Assembly (NCBI GenBank): GCA_964476175.1
Contig: CAYYYU010000059.1
Span: 1,088-65,087, forward strand
DNA length: 64,000 bases
Origin: an uncultured Nitrosopumilales archaeon
GTDB lineage: Archaea > Thermoproteota > Nitrososphaeria > Nitrososphaerales > Gagatemarchaeaceae
Reading direction: 5' to 3'
The notes beneath the pieces were generated by a model that had not been told where the DNA came from, made no database searches, and saw only the letters and a program-made list of their open reading frames with translations. A program made the translations under genes and the position numbers. This document shows, one piece after another, positions 37,723-47,768 of the stretch. Within the stretch, counting starts at the first letter, position 1, and each line of letters opens with the position of its first letter.

Positions 37723-39337
37723 ACTGAATCGCTTCGCCCGCATGGTCGGGACTGGCCGCAAGCGGATTCTTGACCGACTCCCCTACATCGGCCTCGACAT
37801 CGAGAGCGTAGACAACGACGTGGTCAGGGTGGAATACAGCCCTAATCGCCCCGACTTTGGCACAGACTTCGGCATAGCGCGCGCGCTCCGCGGGCTGCTC
37901 GGCAGGGAAGTCGGACTCCCCAGCTACAGGGCGTCTCCGTCGGGGATCTCGGTGCGCGTCGACAGGCGGCTATCCTCAGTGAGGCCGTACATAGCTTGTG
38001 CGACTGCAACCGGGCTCAAGCTCGGCGACGAGGATGTCAGGCAGATCATCTCTCTGCAGGAGGACCTGCACAACGGGCTCGGCCGGAGAAGGAAAGTGGT
38101 AGCCATCGGTCTCCACGACCTCAACAAGATATCAGGCCCCTTGCGGTACGACGCAGTGGACCATACTTTCAGCTTCGTGCCCCTCGATTCCAGCAGGGAG
38201 CTCACTATCAGTGAGATTCTGGAAGGGACGGAGCAGGGCAAGCTCTACGGCAAGGCCCTTTCAGGGGCCAAGCTGGTCCCCATAATCGTAGACTCGGAGG
38301 GGACGGTCCTCTCTTTCCCTCCGGTGATCAACGGGAACGTTACAAAGGTATCAACAAAGACCCGTGACATCTTCATCGACGTGACGAGTACCGATTCCAG
38401 GGCGGGGGAGGACGTCCTCGCGATCCTTTCGACGACCTTGGCTGAGGCTGGGGCGAAGCTCGGCTCCGTGTCGGTCAAGTATCCTGGTGAAACGAGAATC
38501 ACGCCGGACCTCACCGAGAAGGAACTTCGGTTGGACCTCGGGCTAATCGAAAGGGTCCTCGGCCTCGGGTTGACACGGGCCCAGGTGGTCGAAGCTCTGC
38601 GACGCAGCAGACTGGCAGTTCGCGGTTCCAAGGTGTTCTCGCCGAGGTACAGAATAGACCTTCTTCACCCGGTTGACCTGGCCGAGGAGGTCGCCCTCGG
38701 CTACGGCGTCGACAGAATCGGGTCCCTCTACCCGGCAAGCAAGCAGCCAGGCTCATTCAACCCACTCGAGCGATTCCTGGACACCGCATCGACCGTTATG
38801 GCGGGGGCGGGCATGACCGAGCTGATGACCTTTGAGCTCGTCGACGCAAAGACGCTCTACGATAACTTCGGCAGGGCGTCCGACTCCAAGGTAGCTGTCC
38901 ATGACCCTCGAAGCCTGGAACACTCACTCCTCCGTGACTCCCTAATCCCATCGCTCATGGCAGCGCTCTCGCATAATTCGAAGGAGGACTACCCTCAGCT
39001 GGTGTTCGAAATTGGAAGGGTGTACTCTAGGAACGCGAGGGGGGTCGACGAATCTTGGCGGCTTGGATGCCTGGTGGCCCACACGCAGTCGTCGTACACA
39101 GAGGCGAAGAAGTACCTGGAAGCCGTTTGCTGGACCCTAATTGGGGCGGAAGCAACCGCGACGCAAGGTGGGCACTGGGCCTTCTCTGAGGGACGGTCGG
39201 CGTCGGTGGCCGTCCGCGGCAAGCGGGCTGGCTGGGTCGGCGAAGTGAAGCCCGAGGCTCTTGCTGCCTTCGGAATCAACGTGCCTGTGGCGGGGTTCGA
39301 GCTTGACCTCACGCTACTCCACAAACAGCTAAAATAG
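37703..39337 (+). CDS. pheT: Phenylalanyl-tRNA synthetase beta subunit
   Basis: 544 aa, archaeal type. Overlaps pheS by 20 nt. Confidence 0.9.
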   Translation: MPVVAIELNRFARMVGTGRKRILDRLPYIGLDIESVDNDVVRVEYSPNRPDFGTDFGIARALRGLLGREVGLPSYRASPSGISVRVDRRLSSVRPYIACATATGLKLGDEDVRQIISLQEDLHNGLGRRRKVVAIGLHDLNKISGPLRYDAVDHTFSFVPLDSSRELTISEILEGTEQGKLYGKALSGAKLVPIIVDSEGTVLSFPPVINGNVTKVSTKTRDIFIDVTSTDSRAGEDVLAILSTTLAEAGAKLGSVSVKYPGETRITPDLTEKELRLDLGLIERVLGLGLTRAQVVEALRRSRLAVRGSKVFSPRYRIDLLHPVDLAEEVALGYGVDRIGSLYPASKQPGSFNPLERFLDTASTVMAGAGMTELMTFELVDAKTLYDNFGRASDSKVAVHDPRSLEHSLLRDSLIPSLMAALSHNSKEDYPQLVFEIGRVYSRNARGVDESWRLGCLVAHTQSSYTEAKKYLEAVCWTLIGAEATATQGGHWAFSEGRSASVAVRGKRAGWVGEVKPEALAAFGINVPVAGFELDLTLLHKQLK

Positions 39338-39556
39338 CCGGCCACCCCCTGACCACCAGACGGCTTTCGTTCTAAAGCGCGTTTAACGGCCACCTGCGAA
39401 GGCGGAAACGCTTTGATGAGCAGATGGTTTACCCAGACGCGCGACAGACGAAGGCCGTTTGCCCGTTGAAGAGGCTCGGTGAAGCTCCCCGCTCAAAGCT
39501 GGGACATGATCCGTGCTAGTCAGAGACGGGCAACAATCCACCAAGAGTGATGAAGA

Positions 39557-40006
39557 GTGATTGACCGTAAGAAGAAGGGGTTCCAGGCCTTCGCTGACTT
39601 CCTGTCAGACTTCGTCTTCCAACTCAACCAGTCGTCTTCCGAAGGGTGGTCTTTGCTCGTCGAAGGCAAGCGCGACAGGGACGCGATGAAGACGCTCGGC
39701 TACGAAGGGGTCATGGTTACTGTGTCCATGGCTGCGAAGGGACCAGACAGGGTCTTCAAAGGCTCGAAGAAGGTGATCATCCTGACCGACCTTGACAGGG
39801 AGGGGAGCGTCCTGGCCGCCCGGTTCGTCAAGAGACTCTCGCACGACGGCATGAGGGTCTCGCTGGTGGAAAGAAAGAGGCTGAAGGCCGCCTCTCGAGG
39901 AACCTTCCTTCACGTGGAGAACCTTTCAAGGTTCGCAGAAACATCGGCATTCCGCAATCGAAAACAAGAGTTTATATCCACGGAGTTTTCGCCTGAAAAA
40001 AGTTAA
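39557..40006 (+). CDS. Small Toprim-domain protein (RNase M5/primase-like)
   Basis: 149 aa. 'LLVEGKRDRDAM' and 'VIILTDLDREG'. Confidence 0.7.
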   Translation: MIDRKKKGFQAFADFLSDFVFQLNQSSSEGWSLLVEGKRDRDAMKTLGYEGVMVTVSMAAKGPDRVFKGSKKVIILTDLDREGSVLAARFVKRLSHDGMRVSLVERKRLKAASRGTFLHVENLSRFAETSAFRNRKQEFISTEFSPEKS

Positions 40007-40058
40007 GCTAGTTACGCTTAATCCGAAAGAAACGAGTTGAAACAAGAGTTGAAAGAAA

Positions 40059-41243
40059 TTGCCAGATTCAGGTATAGTAAAGTACTTAGTAAGACTGAAG
40101 TTCGAAGTTGACGGAGTAGTCGAAAGGGCCGACGTAATAGGCGCCATATTCGGGCAGACCGAAGGGCTCTTCGGCCCCGAGATGAACCTCAACGAGCTTC
40201 AGAAAAGCTGGAAGGTCGGCAGGATAGAGATCAACCTCGAATCGAAGAACGACAGGACAAGGGGGGAGGTCATCGTCCCGATGTCAACCGACATCGGAAC
40301 AGCCGCCCTCATTGCGGCCGCGGTCGAAAGCGTCGACAAAGTGGGCCCGTGCAGCGCCAGAGTGACCCTGGGCTCCATCGATGACGTCAGGGCGACCAAG
40401 AGGAAACAGATCGTCGACAGGGCTAAGGTGATTGTCCGCGAGTGGAGCTCAAAGACCTCAAGCGAAGGCGAAAACGTCCTGAAGGACGTAACCGAATCTA
40501 CAAAGAGGGCCAAGGTCATCAACTACGGCCTTGAGAACCTACCGGCTGGACCAGGGGTCTACAGTTCGGACACCGTCTTCCTCGTCGAGGGGAGGGCGGA
40601 CGTCGTCCTATTCCTCAGGGCTGGCATCGAGAACGTCGTAGCATTGGAAGGGACCAGCGTTCCTGACTCGATTATAGAACTCGGGAAGAAGAAGCGGCTC
40701 ATTGCAGTATTGGACGGGGACAGGGGAGGGGACCTCATCGAGAAGGAGCTCGCCCAGGTCGTCAAGGTCGAGAAGGTGTACAGGGCGCCTTCTGGAAAGG
40801 AAGTCGAGGACCTCACCCCGATAGACGTGCTGAACATGCTCCGCGCCGAACGCGTGGAGGCACCGCCCCAAGGCCCCCGCAGGGAACGGACTCGAGAGCG
40901 TGCCCCAGAGCGGGTGGAGGAGAAAGCCAAAGAAGAGCCGGAGGAACCCATCGTTGTCAAGACCCGAGAGCTTTACCCTGATCTGAACGGCACTCTAGAA
41001 GCAGTCCTTCTCGACCAAGGTCTCCAAGAAGTGGGAAGGTATCCGATTAGCGAGCTCGTCCAGAAGATGGAGGGCGCCAACGGTGCGTACTTCCTGGTCT
41101 TCGACGGAATCGTCACCCAGAGGCTTGTCGAGTCGGCGACAAAGGTCGGGATCAAGGGGATCATCGGCCACAGAACAGGGGAGCTAGGCGACATCCCTGA
41201 CGACGTGCGGATAGGCACATTCAGGGACCTCGGTCTCGAGTAG
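40059..41243 (+). CDS. dnaG: Archaeal DnaG (Toprim, exosome-associated)
   Basis: 394 aa. 'KYLVRLKFEVDGVVERADVIGAIFGQTEGL', 'VFLVEGRADV' and 'LDGDRGGDLI'. Confidence 0.9.
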   Translation: MPDSGIVKYLVRLKFEVDGVVERADVIGAIFGQTEGLFGPEMNLNELQKSWKVGRIEINLESKNDRTRGEVIVPMSTDIGTAALIAAAVESVDKVGPCSARVTLGSIDDVRATKRKQIVDRAKVIVREWSSKTSSEGENVLKDVTESTKRAKVINYGLENLPAGPGVYSSDTVFLVEGRADVVLFLRAGIENVVALEGTSVPDSIIELGKKKRLIAVLDGDRGGDLIEKELAQVVKVEKVYRAPSGKEVEDLTPIDVLNMLRAERVEAPPQGPRRERTRERAPERVEEKAKEEPEEPIVVKTRELYPDLNGTLEAVLLDQGLQEVGRYPISELVQKMEGANGAYFLVFDGIVTQRLVESATKVGIKGIIGHRTGELGDIPDDVRIGTFRDLGLE

Positions 41244-41252
41244 CTCTATCCG

Positions 41253-42311
41253 TTGATAGTAACCGAACTCAATCCCAAGCACGGCCACTGCTCCCTCACC
41301 ATAGACTCTGCTGAAGACCTCTGGACTCTGAGGAGGCTCATAACGAAGGGGGATGTCGTGGTCACTAGAAGTTCCCGAGTCGTAAAGCGCGAAGAGGAAT
41401 TCTCGAGGCCCGACAAGGGGGAGAGGGTCGGCGTCACCATCGCTCTGTCAGTCGAGGAGGTCCATCTCGACAGCAGCATAGAACGGGTCAGGGTGAGAGG
41501 CAAGATAGTGGAGGCCAGCGACGAAAGCGTAGGGAAGGTCGGTTTCCACGCTGTCACGCTGTCACCCGGGCACTCTCTCACGCTGCGCAAGAAGCAATGG
41601 CGGCACATCGACACGGAGCTCCTCCGTTCGACTAAGGCGGGAGCCAAGAGGTTCATCCTTCTTACAATCGACAGGCGGGAGGCTGGAATCGGGTCACTCA
41701 CGGGTTCGCATCTCTCGCTGCTGGCCACCGTTGAATCAGGGCTTGGGGGCAAGATGTGGGAGGAACAGAGTTCCAGGTCCTACTTCGCAAGAGTCGTAGG
41801 GGTGGTCTCCCAAGTCTTCAAGGAAGGGGACGAGGTCGTAGTGGCAGGACCGGGGAACACGAAGAACGTGATGGCCAATCAGCTCTCGGGAGCGCTGAAG
41901 TCTTCATCGGTAAAGGTCGTCGAGGGATTCGACATGACCGGTTCGGACGGGGTCAGGGCCCTCGTCAAGGACCCGTCGTTCCAGCAGGTCGCCAAAGGTT
42001 CGGTTCTCGTCGAGATGCAGAAAATGGTCAGCGAAGTCGTCAAACGGGTCTCAACCTCGGACCCGAAGGTGGCGTACTCGCTCCCGAGGGTGAAGGAGGC
42101 GGCACTGGCCGGGGCCGTCGAAGCGTGCGGCGTCTCTAACAACATCTTTTCTGCTGGGGTGGACGAAGAAGAGCTCGTCGCAGTCCTCAACACCGTCGAG
42201 GAGAAGGGGGGCTCTGTCTATCTGGCAGATTCGTCGCTGGAATTCGGGAAACAGATCTCCGCCTTCGGGGGGGTTGTCGCTCTCCTTAGGTATGCGGTCA
42301 GAGCTTACTGA
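41253..42311 (+). CDS. pelA: Pelota/Dom34 mRNA surveillance factor
   Basis: 352 aa. 'AEDLWTLRRLI' and three-domain eRF1-like organisation. Confidence 0.85.
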   Translation: MIVTELNPKHGHCSLTIDSAEDLWTLRRLITKGDVVVTRSSRVVKREEEFSRPDKGERVGVTIALSVEEVHLDSSIERVRVRGKIVEASDESVGKVGFHAVTLSPGHSLTLRKKQWRHIDTELLRSTKAGAKRFILLTIDRREAGIGSLTGSHLSLLATVESGLGGKMWEEQSSRSYFARVVGVVSQVFKEGDEVVVAGPGNTKNVMANQLSGALKSSSVKVVEGFDMTGSDGVRALVKDPSFQQVAKGSVLVEMQKMVSEVVKRVSTSDPKVAYSLPRVKEAALAGAVEACGVSNNIFSAGVDEEELVAVLNTVEEKGGSVYLADSSLEFGKQISAFGGVVALLRYAVRAY

Positions 42312-42564
42312 TTTCGGGAAAGACGAACTCCGACAGCACGGCGAGGATTACTCCTCCCTTGATTAGGTCCTTCCCCAACCTCCTCTCGATGTGGGTGAAG
42401 TAGAGGAGCAGACCAATCATGAGGATTGACACATATGCGAGGCGAGAGATTTCCATGACGGTCGAGTTAATCGTAGATAGAACCAGCGTCATCACGGAAG
42501 AGAACTGCTGAGCGAGCTGTTGGATTATGGTTCCGATGTCCGGGGGAGCCTGGATGTCAAGCAT
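42298..42564 (-). CDS. Small membrane protein
   Basis: 88 aa with two hydrophobic helices. Confidence 0.45.
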   Translation of the reverse strand: MLDIQAPPDIGTIIQQLAQQFSSVMTLVLSTINSTVMEISRLAYVSILMIGLLLYFTHIERRLGKDLIKGGVILAVLSEFVFPEISKL

Positions 42565-42606
42565 CGGTCAGAGATTCCCAATCGTTATTTAACGGACGCT
42601 CGCGAT

Positions 42607-43830
42607 CTAGATCAGGTTCAGGTACGCCGCCAATGGCACGCTGAAGACAGCGAAAATGACGGCCAGCGTGACCGCAACAGTGATTCTCGACAGCGTCTTC
42701 TCGCTCAGGCGTCCCCTCCCAAGGGACTTCACCCCCAGCTTGAACGCCTGTCCGCCGTCCAAGGGATAGAGCGGGAGAGCGTTGAAGATTGCCAGATTGA
42801 AGTTGAGGAAGAAGAACCAGTAGAGCAGCGTAGCGAGGGGCGCGAGAGAAGTTCCGTACGGAGAGGAATAGAGGGCCGACAGGCTTCCGGAGAACGGGGC
42901 TGCGTCCTGGCACTGAGGGAACGTGGGAATACAGAGGTAGAGCGCCGGCCTTGTGAAGAATGAACCGGTGTACCTTGACACAAGCCCCTGAAGGCCGGCG
43001 TAGCCGGCGTCCGACACACCCAAGTACGCACTCGAGCTGTTCTCGGGGTTTGTCGCCAGGGTCACGTTGCTGAACTGCTTCACCGTCCCGTCTCGCCAAA
43101 CGGTTATGTTAATCACCTGTCCTGGCCTGTACCAACTGCTCTTTGCTGCCAGAACGGGGTCGTTGTAGTGGATCCCGTTGACCGCAATTATGAAATCGCC
43201 AGGTCGAAGCCCCGCAGTGGCAGCCGGGGACGGCACAACTACCTGCGCGATTCCAATCCCATTCGTCGCAGGGGTCATCGAGGAGACCACGCTGAAGAGG
43301 AGTAGAAGAGATACGATGCCGACGACGAAATTGACCCCCGCCCCCCCTGCGAGGACCCGGCCGGAGTCCTTCGCGCTAGCCGCCTTCATTGCTTCCTCGT
43401 CGACCTCCACGAACGCTCCGATTGGGATGACTAAGAAGAGAAGAAGGCCGGCCGACTTCACAGGGAGCCCGAGGCTCCTGGCAATCACCCCGTGCGCTCC
43501 TTCGTGAATCACCATCGCAACGACCAGGGCTATCCATCCGTCGACCAGCGGGAGGTACGGGTTGATTCCTGGCAGACCGAGGTAGGCCAGGGGGCTGATT
43601 TCTCGTACCACCGTCCCCACGTTGTGCACTGCCGGAGAGAGGAACACCCCCAGCTGCGACAGGAAAATGAACAGGCCTATTGCAGCGGCGACAGGCATGA
43701 GGTAAAGGAGGAACCAACCGCCCGGCTTCGAAATCCTGTTCCTCCCGAGCCTTTCCATGAGAGATTGGAAGCGCCTTGTCCTTAGAAGGACCACCCCATA
43801 CTGAAACTCTACTGACTTGTATTCCTCCAA
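42607..43830 (-). CDS. Site-2 protease (M50) with PDZ domain
   Basis: 407 aa. 'HEGAHG', PDZ 'GLRPGDFIIAVNG' and 'NALPLYPLDGG'. Confidence 0.9.
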   Translation of the reverse strand: MEEYKSVEFQYGVVLLRTRRFQSLMERLGRNRISKPGGWFLLYLMPVAAAIGLFIFLSQLGVFLSPAVHNVGTVVREISPLAYLGLPGINPYLPLVDGWIALVVAMVIHEGAHGVIARSLGLPVKSAGLLLFLVIPIGAFVEVDEEAMKAASAKDSGRVLAGGAGVNFVVGIVSLLLLFSVVSSMTPATNGIGIAQVVVPSPAATAGLRPGDFIIAVNGIHYNDPVLAAKSSWYRPGQVINITVWRDGTVKQFSNVTLATNPENSSSAYLGVSDAGYAGLQGLVSRYTGSFFTRPALYLCIPTFPQCQDAAPFSGSLSALYSSPYGTSLAPLATLLYWFFFLNFNLAIFNALPLYPLDGGQAFKLGVKSLGRGRLSEKTLSRITVAVTLAVIFAVFSVPLAAYLNLI

Positions 43831-43888
43831 TCTGATTCCTTCCTCCGCCGAATCAGTTGGCGCTTTAAGCGTTCACGCTTAATAGCTG

Positions 43889-44845
43889 ATGTTCACACCG
43901 GCCGGTGAGACCCTGACCAGCTGTACGAGGTGCGGCGGCAGACCCTTCTACACGAGAAGATACTCCGGCGAAACCCTCTGTGCCCCCTGTTTCAAAGAAT
44001 CGATAATCGAGAAGACCATGAGGAGTGTCGTCAGGCACCAGATGATCAGGCGGGGGGACCGGGTCGGAGTGGCTGTGTCCGGAGGAAAGGACAGCCTATC
44101 GCTCCTGAAGATCCTCCATACGCTCAAAGACAGGCACGGAGGGGAGCTCGTAGCCATATCTGTGGACGAGGGGGTGAAGGGGTACCGAGATGAGGCGCTC
44201 AAACATGCGAGCTCCCTCACCTCCGAGCTCGGCGTGGAGCATCACATTGTATCGTACGAAGGACTCTTTGGCTTCTCCCTGGACCAGGCGCTGAACTGGA
44301 AGGACGAAAGGGACGTCTCGTCTTGCAGCTTCTGCGGCGTCTTCAGGAGGCGCGCCATCGACGATGCCGCAGCGGAGGCGAAGGTTTCTGTCGTGGCTAC
44401 GGCGCACAACCTCGACGACTACGTTCAGACTTTCATGATGAACCTGCTTCACGGGGACGTGAGACGACTGGGATGGCTCGACCCTTCTCACGAAGACGAT
44501 TCCTTCCCAGTGCGGCGTGTGAAACCCTTCATGGAAATCTACGAAGAGGAGATCGCCCTCTTTGCCTATCAATCAGGGCTCCCCTTTCAAAGCGTCAGCT
44601 GCCCCTACATGCACGAGGGGCTGAGGAGCGACGTCCGCGACTACCTGAACGAGATGGAGGCGAAGCATCCCGGCATGAAGAACGTCCTCTTCAGCTCGGC
44701 GCTTGACGTCATATCACGTTACGACAGGACGTCGGAGAAGCAACTCGTTGAGTGCACGAGCTGCGGCAGGCCTTCGTCGAACAGACTCTGCAATGTTTGC
44801 AGGATGAAGGAGAAGTTGAAACAGCACATTAATTACGAGGGCTAG
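43889..44845 (+). CDS. TtuA/Ncs6-family tRNA 2-thiolation PP-loop ATPase
   Basis: 318 aa. N- and C-terminal CxxC pairs, 'SGGKDS', 'ATAHNLDD'. Confidence 0.85.
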   Translation: MFTPAGETLTSCTRCGGRPFYTRRYSGETLCAPCFKESIIEKTMRSVVRHQMIRRGDRVGVAVSGGKDSLSLLKILHTLKDRHGGELVAISVDEGVKGYRDEALKHASSLTSELGVEHHIVSYEGLFGFSLDQALNWKDERDVSSCSFCGVFRRRAIDDAAAEAKVSVVATAHNLDDYVQTFMMNLLHGDVRRLGWLDPSHEDDSFPVRRVKPFMEIYEEEIALFAYQSGLPFQSVSCPYMHEGLRSDVRDYLNEMEAKHPGMKNVLFSSALDVISRYDRTSEKQLVECTSCGRPSSNRLCNVCRMKEKLKQHINYEG

Positions 44846-44854
44846 GCCGCGCTC

Positions 44855-45180
44855 GTGTGGCGGTGGGGAGGGCCCGGGGGATAGCCGTCCCCGCGAGGCT
44901 GAAACCGGCTTCACGCAGCGGCCAGCAACCTTCGGGTAAAGCCATCTTCCCCGTCACCTGCGCCGTGTAGAGGAGACGAACTCACGCCGAAGCGGGCGGT
45001 CATGAGGAGCAGTCCTCTCGAAGGAGAGGTCCTGACCCCTAATTGCCGAATCGGGCGAGGTCCGGGAGGGAGCAGCCCTAAGGCGACGCGGCCACGCTGC
45101 CTCGTCTACGTGGGGGATTCTCTGCTGGCGAGACGGGGGCGGAGAGTGGTGGTGAACTCCGGAGGGCCTGCCGCCACTTT
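44855..45180 (+). ncRNA. SRP (7S) RNA
   Basis: Terminal pairing GTGGCGG...CCGCCAC. Helix-8 core 'GAGGTCCGGGAGGGAGCAGCCCTAAGGCG' (cf. 'CAGGTCCGGAAGGAAGCAGCC'). About 325 nt, followed by T6. Confidence 0.85.
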
Positions 45181-45184
45181 CAAC

Positions 45185-45190
45185 TTTTTT
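45185..45190 (+). terminator. Oligo-T terminator after SRP RNA
   Basis: TTTTTT lies 8 nt after the closing helix. Confidence 0.4.
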
Positions 45191-45218
45191 AACTGTCAAA
45201 GCTCGGCTCCCTACTTGA

Positions 45219-45371
45219 GCAGGGGTAGCCTAGAGACACGATCGGGAAGCCTGGTAAGGCGCAGGCTTGCTAAGCCTGTGTCTCGCAAGGGACTCGTGGG
45301 TTCGAATCCCGGGGCCAAAATGAGCCCGGTTAGAACGGGTCGCGCCTCGGGCGAAAGTCCCACCCCCTGCG
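45219..45371 (+). tRNA. tRNA-Ser (GCU) with D-loop and T-arm introns
   Basis: Hand fold. GCAGGGG...CCCCTGC-G. Anticodon arm CAGGC-TTGCTAA-GCCTG (45269-45271). Long variable arm GTCTC-GCAA-GGGAC. T stem GTGGG/CCCAC split by about 51 nt (45308-45358). About 14 extra nt in the D loop (45234-45247). Confidence 0.75.
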
Positions 45372-45396
45372 CTTCTTTCCCGAAAGTGGTCTGTTC

Positions 45397-46275
45397 CTAG
45401 GTATTCGGAGCGAACCACCCAATACCCAGGACCCTGTCTAGGCGACGTCTTTTCCTAACAATAGTCAACCCTATCCCTTCACGAAACCTACCGAGGGACC
45501 TTCTCCGAACATGGATGGAATGGCAATCGACCCTACGTTGATAGGACTTCCCCCTTCTGGTTATAATGCTGCCCTTTCTTGTCCCTAGATACGGTCCTGT
45601 AGTCTCAATGCCAAAATATCTGCTCAAGAGATAACGGACGTATCGCAAGAGTTCCAAGTTAGAGTTACTCGCGGTCAAGGTTCCGTCCGTCGCCACACAG
45701 CCTTCTGAGTCGAAGAATCCCCTGGCGAACGCGGACACACACCGCTTGTTGTGTTCAATGAAAGGCACAAATGTCTGAAAGGGAGACCACAGGAATTGAT
45801 ACAGGCGGTAGCTCCCAAATTCGACGTGGATTTCTGCAGACGTTTTCCCCTTCCACAAGCGATGCGCTGGGATTCCCAATGATTTAGCCACAGATTGGTT
45901 GAACGCTTCCACGAATTCTCTATCGACTGCCTGCAGACGTGTCCTATACTGGTACGTCTTCTGTTTGAGGTTCAACGAGGCATCTCCCATCTTCACGCCG
46001 ATTACATATGCCAACTCGGGGGTAGAACGAGGGACGAAAGCGTGCCCGATTCTTGTTGGTGAAGCACTCCCATTGACCCAGTTCGACAATGTTGATTTCA
46101 CAAGCGAAATATGATACCTTTCGGTCACTTCCGCCCTAATCTCCCTGTAACTCCGGGAGTCTCTCCGGAGCTTAATCACTTCTTCGAAGAGTTTGAGTCT
46201 CGTAGCAAGGGGCAAATACCTGCCACGATGGATCACAACTTCGGTAGTACTTGATTCATGACCGATGTCTACCAT
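45397..46275 (-). CDS. Free-standing double-motif LAGLIDADG endonuclease with N-terminal HTH
   Basis: 292 aa. 'LAYVIGVKMGDASL' and 'FARGFFDSEGCV'. Lower G+C. Convergent with tRNA-Ser, 25 nt away. Confidence 0.8.
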   Translation of the reverse strand: MVDIGHESSTTEVVIHRGRYLPLATRLKLFEEVIKLRRDSRSYREIRAEVTERYHISLVKSTLSNWVNGSASPTRIGHAFVPRSTPELAYVIGVKMGDASLNLKQKTYQYRTRLQAVDREFVEAFNQSVAKSLGIPAHRLWKGKTSAEIHVEFGSYRLYQFLWSPFQTFVPFIEHNKRCVSAFARGFFDSEGCVATDGTLTASNSNLELLRYVRYLLSRYFGIETTGPYLGTRKGSIITRRGKSYQRRVDCHSIHVRRRSLGRFREGIGLTIVRKRRRLDRVLGIGWFAPNT

Positions 46276-46327
46276 ACATCAGGAACTCCTTTGGTTTCAC
46301 CAGGATAAACTCACACCTTAGTATTTA

Positions 46328-46392
46328 GGCCCCCATGAGTAGAATTCCTTAGGGGGCGTCATCTCGTTTGAGGGTCCACACACCTGAGCTAC
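46328..46392 (+). other. Degenerate copy of the tRNA-Ser T-arm intron plus 3' end
   Basis: By-eye alignment: GGCC-CCCATGAG..TTAG..CTCG..GTCCACACACCTGAGCT versus tRNA GGCC-AAAATGAG..TTAG..CTCG..GTCCCACCCCCTGCGCT. Roughly 60-65% identity. Confidence 0.35.
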
Positions 46393-47672
46393 TTGCCCGA
46401 GCTTCTCCCCGCGTAGAGCGCCTTGGAGCCGATCGCCTGCTCGATTCTAATCAATTCGTTGTACTTGGCGACCCTTTCTCCCCTGGCAGGAGCCCCGGTC
46501 TTTATGAAATCCGCACCGAAAGCTGTGGCAAGATGGGCGATGAAGGGGTCCTCGGTCTCTCCTGACCTGTGCGACACGACGACCCCCCACCCTGCCCCAT
46601 TTGCGGCCAGAATCGCCTTTTCAGTCTCCGAGACGGTCCCTACCTGATTGAGCTTGATCAGGACTGCGTTCGATGCCTTCTCATGGATGCCTCGCCTTAT
46701 CCTGGCGACATCCGTGACATAGATGTCATCTCCTATGATTTTCGTCTCCTTCCCTAGCCTCTTCGTAATCGACACGAACGAGTCGAAGGCATCTTCCCCG
46801 AACGGGTCCTCGATTGTCAGCAGTCCGAATTCGTCCCTGAGGTTGGCGTAGAAGTCCTCGAGGGCCTCTGCGGACAGTCTGTGACCGTCGAGCTTGTAGA
46901 CTCCCTCTCCGGGTTCGTGGAAGACCGTGGCCGCTGCGTCGATTCCCATCCTGACCTCCCTCTCACCATATCCGCTCAGTTTGATCGCTTCAGCGATTGC
47001 GGAGAGGGCGTCCCTGGTCAAGCTCAGAGGGGGGGCGAATCCTCCTTCGTCCCCCACGTTGATTGAGCTCCTTCCGTACTTTTTCAGAAGTATTTCCTTC
47101 AGAGTCTGGTACACTTCGGCTCCGACCCTAATCCCTTCTGTACACGTCTTCGCACCTACGGGTTCGATGTGAAATTCCTGTACCGCCAGCTCATTCCCGG
47201 CGTGCTCCCCGCCGTTGATTACATTCATCATGGGAACTGGGAGACGATACGACTTCGACTTCCTCAACTGAGTGAAAAGGCCGACGCCTTTGGAATCCGC
47301 CGCCGCCCTGGCCGCTGCCATGGATACGGCGAGGATCGCGTTGGCTCCTAGTCTGCCTTTGTTGGGAGTCCCGTCAAGCTTGATCATGACCTCGTCCAGT
47401 CGGTTCTGGTCTGCGCAGTCCAGACCTTTCAGCTTCGGTCCGATGACTGAGTCGACGTTTGCGACCGCCTTGGTAACCCCTTTCCCGTGGAACCTCCTCT
47501 CGTCTCCGTCCCTCAACTCGAGGGCTTCGTGCGAACCAGTCGAGGCTCCTGACGGGACGCTCGCTATTCCCACGGCCGAGCCGGCAACGACTTCGGCTTC
47601 CACCGTAGGGTTCCCGCGCGAATCAAGGACCTCCCTCGCCCTAACCGCTGTTATCATACGACTTCTTGTCAC
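46389..47672 (-). CDS. eno: Enolase
   Basis: 427 aa. 'SRGNPTVE', 'SHRSGETED' and 'IKTGAPARGERVAKYN'. Confidence 0.95.
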   Translation of the reverse strand: MTRSRMITAVRAREVLDSRGNPTVEAEVVAGSAVGIASVPSGASTGSHEALELRDGDERRFHGKGVTKAVANVDSVIGPKLKGLDCADQNRLDEVMIKLDGTPNKGRLGANAILAVSMAAARAAADSKGVGLFTQLRKSKSYRLPVPMMNVINGGEHAGNELAVQEFHIEPVGAKTCTEGIRVGAEVYQTLKEILLKKYGRSSINVGDEGGFAPPLSLTRDALSAIAEAIKLSGYGEREVRMGIDAAATVFHEPGEGVYKLDGHRLSAEALEDFYANLRDEFGLLTIEDPFGEDAFDSFVSITKRLGKETKIIGDDIYVTDVARIRRGIHEKASNAVLIKLNQVGTVSETEKAILAANGAGWGVVVSHRSGETEDPFIAHLATAFGADFIKTGAPARGERVAKYNELIRIEQAIGSKALYAGRSSGK

Positions 47673-47768
47673 ACTGGAGGCTCCCCCTGAGGCTTCTACC
47701 CGGGGAAATTAAAGTGGCTTGCGCACTCCGCTCCAAGACTTATTAGAAGATTGAACCGCGCGGCCATT

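Noticed and set aside
39338-39556. Possible H/ACA-like or C/D-like sRNA in the 219-nt pheT/Toprim intergenic region
   Set aside because: There is an 8-bp stem TTGCCCGT/ACGGGCAA followed by ACA, and isolated TGATGA motifs. I could not build a convincing pocket or K-turn, or paired C/D boxes. This is insufficient evidence without covariance or expression data.
44954-45400. ORFs 44954-45199 (-) and 45002-45400 (+)
   Set aside because: They fall inside the SRP RNA and tRNA-Ser genes, so the sequence is explained by structured RNAs.
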